Source: Octopus vulgaris (lineage: Eukaryota). From it: a stretch of DNA of 64,000 nt. The stretch covers positions 131,130,001 through 131,194,000 of the forward strand of contig OX597814.1 in the NCBI GenBank assembly GCA_951406725.2, read 5' to 3'. Position numbers and translations under genes: made by a program. Shown piece by piece: positions 39,952 through 53,424 of this stretch. The notes below the pieces were generated by a model. That model made no database searches. It worked only from the letters and a program-made list of their open reading frames with translations, and was not told the DNA's origin. The stretch's first letter is position 1; each line of letters starts with the position of its first letter.

Positions 39952-40933
39952 CAGTGGAAACACGGAGTAGATGAAACAGGGACAACTGATGCAGGGGAAT
40001 ATTCTTTATGTTGCATGTCTAGTTTCTCTGCTTGTTTTTTTTTTCGTCGTTCGAAAAAAAGTTCGTTTTCTATGTTTTTGTTTTTATGTTTTTGTTTCTC
40101 ATTGTGTTCAAGGTTTTTTTTTCCTTTTGATGTACTGTATCCATATATGCATGTATATATACATATAAATATGTAGATATGTACATATATGCATGTATAT
40201 ATGCATATATTTATATATTATATATATTATTTATATTATATATTATGAATGAATGTATATATATATACATACATATATACATTCATTCATATATATATAT
40301 ATATATAAATATATATACATACATGCATGCACGCATACATACGTACATACATAGGTACATGCAAACATACATACAAAAATACCCTGTTGTTGATGTTGAA
40401 ATTCCAGTAAAGGAGCTGTGGATCTAGGTTAGAAACCGGCTCTTTCTCTATTGGCAAGAAATCTTAAAATAAACCCAATAATGACATACATACATATATA
40501 CATACATATACATACATAAATACATAGACACATACATACATACATACATACATACATACATACGTACATACATACATACATACATACATACATACATACA
40601 TACATACACACACACATACATACATACACGCACACACACACATACATACATACATACACGCACACACACACACACACATACATACATACATACATATATA
40701 CATACATACATACATACAATATATATAAGCATATTTCTTGAAATGAGGCAATTTCCGGGAAGTATACTGTTATTACTTTGTTTAGTCTGGTGACAGTCTG
40801 TATAGTAGGTTAGATGTTGTTTTTATCTATATGTAAAATGCGTACGTATACCCCCATACTTTGTATATATATATATATACGCACATATACATGTATATAT
40901 ATATACGCATATATATACGCACATATACATGTG

Positions 40934-40991
<58 letters not shown>

Positions 40992-42588
40992 TATATGTAT
41001 ATATATGTATATATGTGAAATTCACATCTTAGTTTCCCTGTTATTTAAGAGATATTTTATAGTTATTATGTAATTTGCACAGTATAGTTAAGTAGCTTCC
41101 TTTCAGAATATGATTTATTGCGCATATTACGTACAGCTGCGTTTTGTCAAATTGATAAAGAATCATATTTCCTACCGATGAGTCCTCATTTTGTATCTTC
41201 GTATCTAGTCCACTTGAACAGATGTTATCTCAGATCCGTGTACTATACTTTCACACAAATCTCATAATGGCTGATACAGAGTGAAAGAAAGGGCAAGAGA
41301 TGTTGCTAAGATCAATATATAATTTTACTTGTATTTCGTTAAGAAGTATAATTGATATTAAATAGTCCAGTAAACACGGTAGTAGTACAATGGCAAGTCA
41401 ATTCAGTACTTAGAGCATCAGAGGAACTGAATCTGATATTTTGAAAGTGACAGGGCCGCCAAATCGTTTCGGGCTGCGCAGCGACAGTATAGTATGCTGC
41501 CCTCAATGCTGCAGCTGAAGAGGAGGACTTGGGGTGAGGGGTGACGAGGCGAGGAGGCGACGTGGGGAGGGAGCAAGGGGGCGAGTGGGCGAGAGGGTGA
41601 AGGGGCGAATGGGCTAGTGGGTGAGGTGTCGAGGGAGCGAAGGAGCGAGGGGGCTCTGCGGGCGGCACACGCTGTAGCTAAGTCACTGACTGACCTTCGT
41701 TCAAGTCTGATCTGCACGTGTCTCTTAATGCGCAATATCCATGGTTGAATGGTTAAAGCTCTGCGTCTCTCTGGCTTTTACGTTCATATTCAGAGCGTAC
41801 GTAGCACCTTGGATAGATAAAAGTCTTCTTTCATAGACTTTGATAAACGAAAGCTTTGTGAGTGGAATTTTCTAGGTGGAAATTATGGAATCCCATCAGA
41901 AATATCGTTCGTGTTATTGGGAAGCAGTCTTAAGCTTTTACTCCGTCTAACATCATAACCTAGCTCGTGGTGTCTTTAGTACCTCTAAGTAAATCTGCTC
42001 TGTAGAGTGACGCGGATATTACTTTTGAGTAAGCCATCAAAAAACGAGCTAGGAGCCGTGTGGAGGCATTGTCATTGACTCGTGGTTTGCTAATGTTTCT
42101 GTGTAGCGTATGAAGCGATGGAAATGTAACTGTTATTTCTAGCAGAACAATTGATCAAGTAGAGGTTCATGCGAATTCTTTCTTGACTACTCTTTTACTC
42201 GTTTACTCTTTTGCATGTTTCAGTCATTTGTTGTGGCCATGCTGGGGCACGGCTTTTAGTCGAGCAAATCGACCCCATGACTTATTCTTTATAAGCCTAG
42301 TACTCATTCGATCGGTTTCTTTCAGTCGAGTGCGGCCATGCTGAACCACCGCCTTCAAGGGTTTTAGTCAAACAACTCGGCCCCAGGATTTATTCTTTGT
42401 AAGCCTAGTACTTATTTTATCAGTCTGTTCGACCGAACCACTAATTACGGGGACGTAAACAAACCAAATCGGTTGTCAATCGATGGTTTGGGGGTGGGGA
42501 CAAAGACAAAAAGACACGTGACCGCGTGTGTACCGTTGGCGATTTTTTTCCCTCTGTCTTCCCTTCTCTGGATCTTTCCTTCTCCTAT

Positions 42589-42623
42589 GTTTCCGACGAA
42601 GAGCTCCGCTCGAAACGTTAAAC
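42589..42623 (+). ncRNA. Minimal type I hammerhead motif (U4C) in a copy of the same repeat (42510-42720)
   Basis: gttt CCGACGA a gagc-tcc-gctc GAAA cg UU aaac; palindromic aacgtt helix III. Confidence 0.7.
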
Positions 42624-42716
42624 CCTCCTTCTTCCCTTCCTTCCTGAGCGTCCAACAATACTATATTTGTTCCACGTCCTCGCGTTGTTGTGTTTTTTGT
42701 GCTTTCTTGTTTGGAT

Positions 42717-42763
<47 letters not shown>

Positions 42764-43221
42764 GACGGGCTTTTTTAGTTTCCGGCAACCAAATTCAATC
42801 GCAAGACTTTGGTCAGCCCGCTGCTTTGTAGAAGACTTTTGCCCAAGGACCCACGCAGTAAAACTGAACCCGGAACCATGTGGTTGGGAAGCAAGCTTCT
42901 AACCATACAGCCACGCCTTGTGTGGTAAGCAGCTTGTTTAACAACCACATATTTCAGGGTTCAGTCCCACTGCGTGGCACCTTGGGCAGGTGTCTTCTAC
43001 TTTAGCCTCGGGCCAACCAAAGCCTTGTGAATAGATAGAAGCCCGTCTTATATATATATGACCGCAGTCAAATGAGTGAAACAATTAAAGAATATATATA
43101 CTTTTATTCTTTTATATATATATGTATGTATATATATATATGTGTGTGTGTATGTATATACGTGTGTGTGTGTGTGTAATAAAAGTCAGGGTAAAATATG
43201 TTCCTGTTTGCGGTTGGTATA

Positions 43222-43363
<142 letters not shown>

Positions 43364-43389
43364 CATTATATATGTGTGCGCGTGTGTGG

Positions 43390-43439
<50 letters not shown>

Positions 43440-43733
43440 TTATGCCTGTGTGTCTGCATATATCTCTGTCTGTCGGCATGTTCATCTCCGTGTCTTTGAG
43501 TGCCTTTAAGTGCATGCATCTGTTTACGATTGTACTCACACGTACGTGCGCGTACCTGCGCGAGTGAGAATATCTTTTGCGCAAACACTCGTGCATAGAC
43601 TAATGCGTGTATGAATGATACGTTTTGTATGTGGATGCCTTGCATGTGTCCTGGTGCGTATGTATGTGTGTCTACAAGAAAAAATGTATGTATTTGCATG
43701 TGTTGCAGTGTTTTCTGTGCGTATGTTACAAAT

Positions 43734-44329
43734 GTGGTGGTGGTGGTGGTGGTGGTGGTGGCCGTAGTCGTTGATATGATGGTGATAATGGAGGCGGTGC
43801 TGGTGATGGTAGTTGTTGTTGTGGTGGTAGTGGTGGTGGTGGTGGTGGTAGTGGTGGTTGTGGTGGTGGTGGTGGTGATGGTGGTGGTGGTGGTGGTGGT
43901 GGTGGTAGTGGTGGTAGTGGTGGTGGTGGTGGTGGTGGTGGTGGTGGTGGTGGTGGTGGTAGTGGTGGTGGTGGTGGTGGTGGTGGTGGTGGTGGTGGTG
44001 GTGGTGGTGGTGGTGGTGGTGGTGGTGGTGGTGGCCATGGTTGTTGATATCATGGTGATAATGGAGGTGGTGGTGGTGATGGTAGTTGTTGCTGTGGTGG
44101 TGGTGGTGGTAGTGGTGGTAATGGTGGTAGTGGTGGTAGTGGTGGTGGTGGTGGCCATAGTTGTTGATATGATGGTGATAATGGAGGTGGTAGTGGTGGT
44201 GGTGGTGGTGATGGTAGTTGTTGCTGTAGTGGTGATGGTGCTACTGCTGCCGTGTGTGGCTGTGTTTGTGGTGGTGGTGGTGGTGGTGGTGGTGGCGGTG
44301 GCGGTGGCGGTAGTGGTGGTGGTGGTTGG
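43734..44329. repeat. Degenerate (GTG)n trinucleotide tract with a higher-order repeated interruption
   Basis: gcc..gttgatat..atggtgataatggagg motif recurs three times within (GTG)n. Confidence 0.9.
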
Positions 44330-44692
44330 TTATTTTTCCTCTTTTACGTTTCTAGTCCAAGATTTACATACCAGACAAATAAGCAAGTGTTTCTATATTC
44401 CGACCCCAGTTTTGGGTGTATGGGGGGAGGGAGACGAGCGGGGAGATGAATTTTTGAGGGCCACACACACACACACACGATAGCCATTAGTAAACTAGCA
44501 CGCAAACGCATACATAGATACAGAGACGAAACATATATATATACACATAGATGCACAAATACTCATACAAACTCTCTTTTACATTCTCATTTCTATAGAT
44601 ATAGAAATATATGTAGATATAAAAGTAGCATATATTTGCATGTATATGCATAACTATGCATGTGCATGTGCGGATGTATGTGCGTGCGTGCA

Positions 44693-44755
<63 letters not shown>

Positions 44756-44834
44756 ATGAAGGCATGCAGAAATCAGTACATGAATATATGAGAATACTTT
44801 ACAATTATGTGTAAGTTTCTATGTATGCATGTTC

Positions 44835-44869
<35 letters not shown>

Positions 44870-44954
44870 TATGTATGTGTGTGTGTGTTTCAGTCATTTG
44901 ATTGCGGCCATGCTGGAGCACCGCCTTTATATATATATATATATATATATATAT

Positions 44955-45519
44955 CACACACACACACCTACATACACACATTACACTTGTATACACACAC
45001 ACTTACATTCATACACACACACACCTACACAGCCATACCCTCACTCAGACACACACATCTACCTACACACACACACAAACACACACTGACACACACCCAT
45101 ACATACATACATCTACACACTCACGCCTACACACATACATACACACATACATAAACACACACACATACACATACACACACATACGCACACACGCATATAC
45201 TTATACACATGCACACACACACACATACATACATACACCCATATACATACACACACACATACCTACATACTCCTATACGCACATACATACACACAGACAT
45301 ACACACATACACACTCACACAAACATACACACACACATACTTACACACACACTCACCTGCACGCGCACACACATGCATGACAAACACCCATACACTCACA
45401 TACGCACACACCAACATAAACACGCACACGCACACACACACCTACACTCCCACACACATACACACGCACCTACATACACACACGCACGCATACACACGCA
45501 TACACACATACATTACACA

Positions 45520-45557
<38 letters not shown>

Positions 45558-46260
45558 CATACACACACACACACAAACACCCAGACATACATACATACAC
45601 CTATATACACACGCCCACACACCTACATACACACACATATACACACGCCCACACAGCTACATACACACACATACATACACACACATACACGGACACACCC
45701 ATACATACTTACATACATACACCTATACACACACGCCTACACACCTACACACACACATGCATACACACACACACATGTACGCACATACACACACATATAC
45801 GCACATACATATATACCCACACACATGCACACACACACACATACGCACATGCATGCACGCATGCACACGCGCACACCTACACGCATACACACACACACAC
45901 GCACGTACACATACATACATACACACACGCATACATACACCCATACACATACATGCATCCTACACACACATACATACACACTCACACATACATACACACA
46001 CACACACTCACTCACACACCTGTATGTTCGCGCACACACATGCACATACACACACTTCCCCACACCCACACGTACATACATACACACTCATACACATACA
46101 CACACACACACACACGGACATACATCTATGCACACACATATATACACACATACTCACATACATTCATCGGACACACTGCCACCCAGACATACACACAGAC
46201 ACACTCACACATCCACACACACACATACTTACGCGCACACTCGCAGGCGCGCGCACACAC
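44955..46260. repeat. 1.3-kb degenerate (CA)n/(CATA)n low-complexity tract
   Basis: Direct reading; source of the spurious His/Thr-rich ORFs. Confidence 0.9.
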
Positions 46261-46838
46261 GCGCTTGTGCCGGTTCGCGCACGCATACGCGCCGCATGCA
46301 CCTCGCCCTTGGACCCGACGAGACCTCCCGCCCGTTCCTGGGATCGTCGTTTGTCGTTGGGTTTTCCCACGCCCGTCTCCGCGGTACCACTCTTCCATCT
46401 TCCCCTCAGCTGGAGTCCTTTTCCTTAACCCCCCCTTTTTCGTTACACACACGCGCACACATATACACACATTGCTTAAATATATACATTACTCTTACAC
46501 ACATTCAATCTACTCGCCATTAATACTACCACGACACTGGACACACACACACACTACTACTCAACACACGCTGGCACGCTACATACGCCCCCACCCCTTC
46601 GAGCCTTTCTGGTGACGTCGATGTTCGCCTGGGGCTAAATGCAACAGTAACACCCCCACCACCCTGCCCTGTCCCTAGCCATATTCAGATGGCTTTAGTC
46701 CCTTATGTTATCGAGCAGTTACTGTCTATATCCCTTTTAGAGAATTATTATTGCTTTCGAACAGATTTTCGAAATCAGCAAATGTATTTTGCTTGAAAAT
46801 CTATATAAGAAAATCCTGCAAAGTGAGAATTCGTCGAG

Positions 46839-46912
46839 GAAGCGGAGGCCTACCACACGCCGATGATAGGCAATACACCTTGAAACCATGGTCCGTGTGT
46901 GGTTTCCGCTTC
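46839..46912 (+). ncRNA. Type I hammerhead motif (U4C) with extended helix I
   Basis: gaagcgga..acca/cacacg CCGAUGA t agg-caataca-cct t GAAA ccatgg UC cgtgtg tggt t tccgcttc; predicted cut after 46893. Confidence 0.8.
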
Positions 46913-47198
46913 ATCGGGGAATTACCTCCCTTTGCAGGTTTAGGGCACCGTGACGGTGTCGAGCCTTTCTGGTGACGTCGATGTTCGCCTGGGGCTAAAT
47001 GCAACAGTAACACCCCCACCACCCTGCCCTGTCCCTAGCCATATTCAGATGGCTTTAGTCCCTTATGTTATCGAGCAGTTACTGTCTATATCCCTTTTAG
47101 AGAATTATTATTGCTTTCGAACAGATTTTCGAAATCAGCAAATGTATTTTGCTTGAAAATCTATATAAGAAAATCCTGCAAAGTGAGAATTCGTCGAG

Positions 47199-47272
47199 GA
47201 AGCGGAGGCCTACCACACGCCGATGATAGGCAATACACCTTGAAACCATGGTCCGTGTGTGGTTTCCGCTTC
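47199..47272 (+). ncRNA. Type I hammerhead motif, second unit
   Basis: Identical to 46839-46912; predicted cut after 47253. Confidence 0.8.
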
Positions 47273-48135
47273 ATCGGGGAATTACCTCCCTTTGCAGGTT
47301 TAGGGCACCGTGACGGTGTCGAGCCTTTCTGGTGACGTCGATGTTCGCCTGGGGCTAAATGCAACAGTAACACCCCCACCACCCTGCCCTGTCCCTAGCC
47401 ATATTCAGATGGCTTTAGTCCCTTATGTTATATATATATATATATATATATATATGCATATATATATATGTAGATACCTACATATATATGTATATATACG
47501 TGCATATATAGGTACAGGACGTAAAAGAAACGTGAACAAAATGAGTTTGTTTTTTGTTCTCGCTCCTCATTTTGTTCACGTTTTTTGACGTCATGTATAT
47601 ATATGCATATATGCATGTATATATACATATATATATGTACGTATGTACATATATATTAGTGTATATGCAAATATTTATATATTATTCATGTTATTATATA
47701 TATATATATACATCTGTATGTATATATGTATGAATGCATAACTACATGCATAACTACATGCATATATGTGTATATATATATATGCATGTATGTATGTATG
47801 TATGTATCTATGCATCTATGAGGTATGTATATATATATATGTTTATGTATATGTATTTGTATATATATATGCACATATATATATATATACATATATATAT
47901 ATACATATACATATATATTTATATGCATATATATATATTTGTTTATATATATACATGAATATGTTCAAATTTTTTCAGTTAATGTTTGTTGTTTTTTGTA
48001 TATAATTAAAAGCTTCTATATTAATGCACGCGCGCACACACACACATACACACACACACACACGGACCCACACGCATATGAACACATGTTCGAAGAACAG
48101 GCCTATGTGCGACAGTAACTATGACTCTCTGACTC

Positions 48136-48207
<72 letters not shown>

Positions 48208-48770
48208 TCTGTGTTTGTGTTCAAAGGATGGGCATATAAGCATGAAAGGGAAGTGTAATGGCAGCTAAGGGTTTCAGGTGCATCGGTGCAGATAATCCAA
48301 TCTCTTTCATCAGTCATCAGTGACCTATTCCATCTAGCACCCGCGTCAATCCCCAACATTCTTCTCTCCAGCCTGCCCACCTCAAGAGGGAGCGTGATGA
48401 GATGAAGAGCATGAGGAGGAGCAGGAGGAGGAGGAGGAGAAGGACGACGACAACGACTACGAGGTGGAGGAGGAGGAGGAACGGGAAGTGCAGGGAGGGG
48501 GTAGGAGGCGAAAGTATAATAAGGTGACTTCTTTACATCTCAAGGGGAGCGTGGAAGAGTGTATGAATTATTCATGCAGATACTTACAAATACTTACATG
48601 CATGCATGCACATCAGTACATACATAGCTAAGTACATGTAGCACAACGCGCACATGTATGAATTAGTACTTGCAGACATACATATATGATGGATGTATAT
48701 AGAAACATTCATACATACAAATGCATGTTATATATGTATATATTTCATATATATTTATATATATATATGT

Positions 48771-48797
<27 letters not shown>

Positions 48798-48801
<4 letters not shown>

Positions 48802-49407
48802 ATTAATTAATAAGGGTGAGAGAATTAGATACTAATTTAATAGTATATCTATTCAACACCAAGTGGCCTAGTGCTACGAGAAACCTGGATTATTATAATA
48901 TTTTATAACATATTATAATATTTTTACAAAATAAATATAAGAGAGTGGTCACTATATGGCTCACTCTAGCACCAGTTAATCCAAAAGGTTTCAACCACGA
49001 AAATACATGTTTCCCATGAAAGTCAGTACGATTGTTAGCTCACACGGACAGGGCAAATAAAAAATAACAAAAATACAGATTATTTTGGGACAATTGTTTC
49101 GCTATTAATGAATTAAATGTAATTTTACTTACAAAAAAAAATCCATTTGTAGCTCGTCAGCCAGAACTATCTGGATGAAATCCACTCAATCACACGCCAG
49201 ATTTTACCATAACGATAAATACGCGTGTGGTTCAATTGATTACATCCGACGTTATAATTCAAATGCCCCAACTAACAGCGCGCCAAACTTTCACGGAAAA
49301 CAAATACAGCATTTAGAAATAAATGCAGCATAATTATAATTAATTAATAAGGGTGAGAGAATTAGATACTAATTTAATAGTATATCTATTCAACACCAAG
49401 TGGCCTA
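48798..49407 (-). mobile_element. 537-bp non-coding unit plus ~73-bp terminal direct repeat, embedded in (TA)n; hammerhead-bearing element
   Basis: gggtgagagaattagatac..caagtggccta at 48814 and 49351; (TA)n on both flanks. Confidence 0.8.
49083..49166 (-). ncRNA. Type I hammerhead ribozyme motif with intact core
   Basis: Minus: ttctgg CUGACGA gcta ...45-nt loop... tagc GAAA caattg UC ccaaaa; palindromic helix III, GUC site. Confidence 0.78.
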
Positions 49408-49410
49408 TAT

Positions 49411-49464
<54 letters not shown>

Positions 49465-49483
49465 ATATATAGAGAGAGAAAGC

Positions 49484-49515
<32 letters not shown>

Positions 49516-49765
49516 TAGACATATACACATAGAATTTATGTGTTGGTATGCAAATATATATATATATATTCTTTTATTCTTTTATTTGTTTCGACCCCAG
49601 GACTTATTCTTTGTAAGCCTAGTACTTATTCTCATTTGCCGAACTGCTAAGTTTCGAGGACGTAAACACAACAGCATCGGTTGTCAAGTGATGCTGGTGG
49701 GAGGGGGGACAAACACAGACACATACCCACATAAATAAATAAATATATATATATATATATATATA

Positions 49766-50059
49766 TCACGTGACCACGTGACCGACCAGTCCATCAGATG
49801 TAGTTACACATCGCTGGTCACAATGCGTTCGCATTGTTTCAGCCTTCGAATGACGCCACTCCGCTGGCTAAGCGAGCAGGCCAACAGAAGAAAGAGTGGG
49901 AGAAAGAGTAGTGAAAGAGTACAGCAGGGATCACCACCCCCTGCCGGAGCCTCGTGGAGCTTTTAGCTCAATAAACACTCACAACGCCCGGTCTGGGAAT
50001 CGAAACCGCGATCCTACGACCGCGAGTTCGCTGCCCTAACCACTGGGCCATTGCGCCTC

Positions 50060-50061
<2 letters not shown>
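49766..50061 (-). mobile_element. tRNA-derived SINE (13997 family); duplicate at 55368-55663
   Basis: Minus: ggaggcgcaatggcccagtggttagggcagcgaactcgcggtcgtagg..ggtcacgtggtcacgtgat. Confidence 0.85.
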
Positions 50062-50107
<46 letters not shown>

Positions 50108-50858
50108 CATACATACATACATACATACATACATACATACATACATACATACATACATACGACGGGCTTCTTTCAGTTTCCGCCTATCAAATACACTCAC
50201 AAGTTGTTGGTTGGCCTGTGGCTATAGTAGAAGACACTTGCCCAAGGTGTCACACAGTGGAACTGAACCCGGGACCATGTGGTTGGTATGCCACCTACTT
50301 ACCACACAGGCGCTCCTACGCCTATATATATATCAGTTGAATAAAGTTAAAATGTAGTCTGATTTTCACGTTTTATTTTATGGTATTTTAAAAGACATAT
50401 TTTTCTACGATGTTGAAGTGTTTTAAACATTAAAAACATATTTTGTAATGTCCGTAAAGTTGAATTAGCGCTTTCAAACGTTCGTTGTAATCATCAGATT
50501 TCAAAATGTATTTAACTGACAGTTGACTTCTTGACAACTATAGTAAAATGACTGATTTCATCTTTTTATACGTCTTGGAGGACTCCTACAAGCTGAATTT
50601 TTGGAATACGGTTTTGACCAGTCCGCATGCTCCTTAAACGTCACGGTTTGCCTGGCGTACCGATATTACTGGTATAGATCCCACCTTTATTTTACCAATT
50701 AGCTTGTAGTTTACATGTAATGGTTTTATGAATGAGCAAAAACATGGTTTCGATCGTTTTTATTTCAATTGATGGGAGTCTTCTGTAATTTGTTTATATT
50801 CATGTGTTAAAGATTTTCTTTTAATTCACATCATTAACTGGTTGTTATATTATTGTTG

Positions 50859-51787
50859 TCATTTCCGTTCAGAACAGGTTTGAACATTTTAATGAGCCGT
50901 TTTTCTTTTATCTTTCTTCCAACCTCACCTGTGTCATGTAGTTTGTGGAAAAGAAAAATTAGCAACATTTTCTGACCACATGTTTCTATATGTCCGCTCA
51001 ATGGAATTTGGCGAGCATTAGTGTTCTGGATTTGTTGTCTGTGGATCCGTGAGCGTTCCGATAATGCATTCCCTGTCTCTCTCTATATAGTTCTTCGCAA
51101 TTCGGGCATTTTATGCAGTAGATCAAATTTCTGCTTTTGCAGGTTATATCTGCATTTGTGAAAATCTGTTCCTTTTTTGTTCTAATGGATCTACTTGTAT
51201 GCATGCATTGACACATTCCCCATCTGTTATCATTACACTTGGATACTGTGAATGTTTTATACTGTTTGTTCATGTTAAATTTTGCCTTTGTTAATAGTTT
51301 CTTTGGGTTATGTGTTTACTTTTACAAGATAAGTACTTGATTACTCACCATGCTTTTTTAATTTTTCACTTTGTTTCATGATTGGCAAATTTGCTTTGAT
51401 GATGTTAAAAATGTTTTGATAATGCGGATTGTGTGTTATGAGAAATAGTATTGTGTTCCGTTGATGGATTTGTTTTTTTCGTGTTGCCCTAAGTTGTTCT
51501 ATAGGTATCTCTTTTGCTCGTTGTATGCTATTTTCTATAAGTAGGAGAGGGTAATTTTGCTTCAGCAGTAATCCTTTGAGTTCTATACGTCGCATGTTCC
51601 TAGTATTTGGATCATCTACTTACTATAGTACAAATTTTCCTGACTAGACAGTACGGGATGTTGCGTTTTGTGGGTGTTGGGTGGCATGATTTGAAATTTA
51701 GGTACTGATGTGCATCTGTGCTTTTGTAATAAATACCAGTTGTGAGTGTAGTGTTGTTTTAATTACCATTATGTCAAGAAATGGTGA
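50859..51787 (-). mobile_element. Penelope-like element: RT thumb, Cys-rich linker and GIY-YIG endonuclease remnant
   Basis: PFLDIMV..IYYKSTDAHQYLNFKSCHPTPTKRNIPY..LLKQNYP..ITCKSRNLIYCIKCPNCEELY..KEKRLIKMFKPVLN, with frameshifts. Confidence 0.9.
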
Positions 51788-51789
51788 AT

Positions 51790-52018
51790 GTGTGTTGCTT
51801 ATCTCTCTGTTTTCTATAAGTATTGGGATACTTGGAACAAAACCTATATCATAAAAATTGAAGAGAACTACGGCAAGACTTTTAGAAGACCTGTAGAGGA
51901 CATATGGAAAAGATACCTCGATGATTGTTTCCTAATTTGGACCAAATCCCTAGAAAACCGGGAAGAAATCAGTACCCTCCTCAACAATCTACACCCTAGT
52001 CTCAAATTCACAAGAGAA
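51790..52018 (+). mobile_element. Inverted PLE RT fragment containing the catalytic YLDD
   Basis: WKRYLDDCFLIWTKSLENREEISTLLNNLHPSLKFTRE. Confidence 0.88.
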
Positions 52019-52053
52019 AGGATGGATGGAGGGATGGACGGACAGACAGACAA

Positions 52054-52199
<146 letters not shown>

Positions 52200-53424
52200 T
52201 GATTGATTGATAGAAGATTACTGGTGTCGTGCCAAAACGTGTTACCAATATTGCAGACAAGGTTATCTTTGTGTGCAAAGGTAAGTAGCCACTTAAAAAC
52301 CATTTGTAAACGAGGACGAAGCGATTCCAAATAAGTCCACTGCTACAACAATTTCTTTGAAATTAGATTGGTAAAAAATTGTTTAACCTGTACAAGAAGC
52401 ATCAAGGAAAGCTATTCGTCCCGAGTCATATGTCACCAGCTGTTTGATCTTTGTACAAGCAATTAATTTTGGTGGACATTCTAATCCAGATGTTGAATGT
52501 CATATCTAAGTTGCCTCAAGGATCCGTCGACTGAGAACTGTAGCTGCTGTTTTTACTGGAGCAGGCAGTTCGCAATGTTTAAGATCCTCGGTAGCCATCG
52601 ACCAAAGTTCAGTGCTTGGTTGAACATTACAGAGGTTAACTCCAAAGATTATTTAATTTTTCCCCCCGCTCCAGTGACTATGGCAAAGTTACTGTGAATC
52701 TGATGGGGAACTGGTATAGAAAATAAAAGCGAAGTATTTCGTCCTTTATTTATTTATTTATTTTCTCTTTGTCTTTTTCTTGGATGTGAGACATTGTGAT
52801 GTCTTCCAATGAACTGTTTCGATCAGCCTCATCTTTCAAGAGGCAGCTTCTCTTGCAAACTTCATGGCATGTTACGCAGACACATACAGCTTGTGTTTTT
52901 AAATTCTCGAATGACACTAGACAAACAAATGTTGAGCAAGTAGTTGTCTGAGATAAAATCACTCAAAGAAACGGGATGACACGACTGGGCGCAGCCGTTT
53001 CGGCACTAGAAATTCGGCACAGCTGACTGGACATTGAACCTGTTATGGCGAAAGTACTTTTTCTTTCTTATTTACTGGACTGCATACTGTTCCTTGCAGT
53101 AGAATCAAGCGAATTAATGTAATTACGTGACTCACGTTCTTCAGATTCCTACACACACACACACACATGTATATATATATATATTTAGTTGTAAATTGTA
53201 AAACATAACAGCCACCATTACTACATGAACCTAAAGATTGCGTATTTTAAATGCATGAAAGTACTAGGTCAATCAGAAAGGACATTTAATATTCTATCAT
53301 TTCATTATATTATATTATATTATATTATGCTATGTTATCATAAGATTGCAAATAAAGCGTGAAAATCAGATAAAGTTGGAATTTCTTTGAGTAATATATT
53401 CTTCTAAACACAGCCATACACACC

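Larger units (their letters stand above)
46599..47431 (+). repeat. Exact 360-bp tandem repeat (2.3 copies) ending in (TA)n; candidate non-LTR retrozyme
   Basis: gagcctttctggtgacgtcg at 46601, 46961 and 47321; copies identical by eye; one hammerhead motif per unit. Confidence 0.95.

Noticed and set aside
41168-41190. ccta CCGAUGA gtcc half-motif
   Set aside because: No matching ggac-GAAA strand nearby
44902-46615. Overlapping 508/468/322-aa His/Thr-rich ORFs
   Set aside because: Open in three frames because the degenerate (CA)n lacks stop codons
50735-50795. Hammerhead-like relic downstream of the PLE ORF (minus: CAGAAGA..gatc GAAA ccatg UU)
   Set aside because: Core and helices too decayed to support
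52220-53050. Possible decayed DNA-transposon gene with ttcggcac subterminal repeats
   Set aside because: No diagnostic protein motif or paired TIR identified
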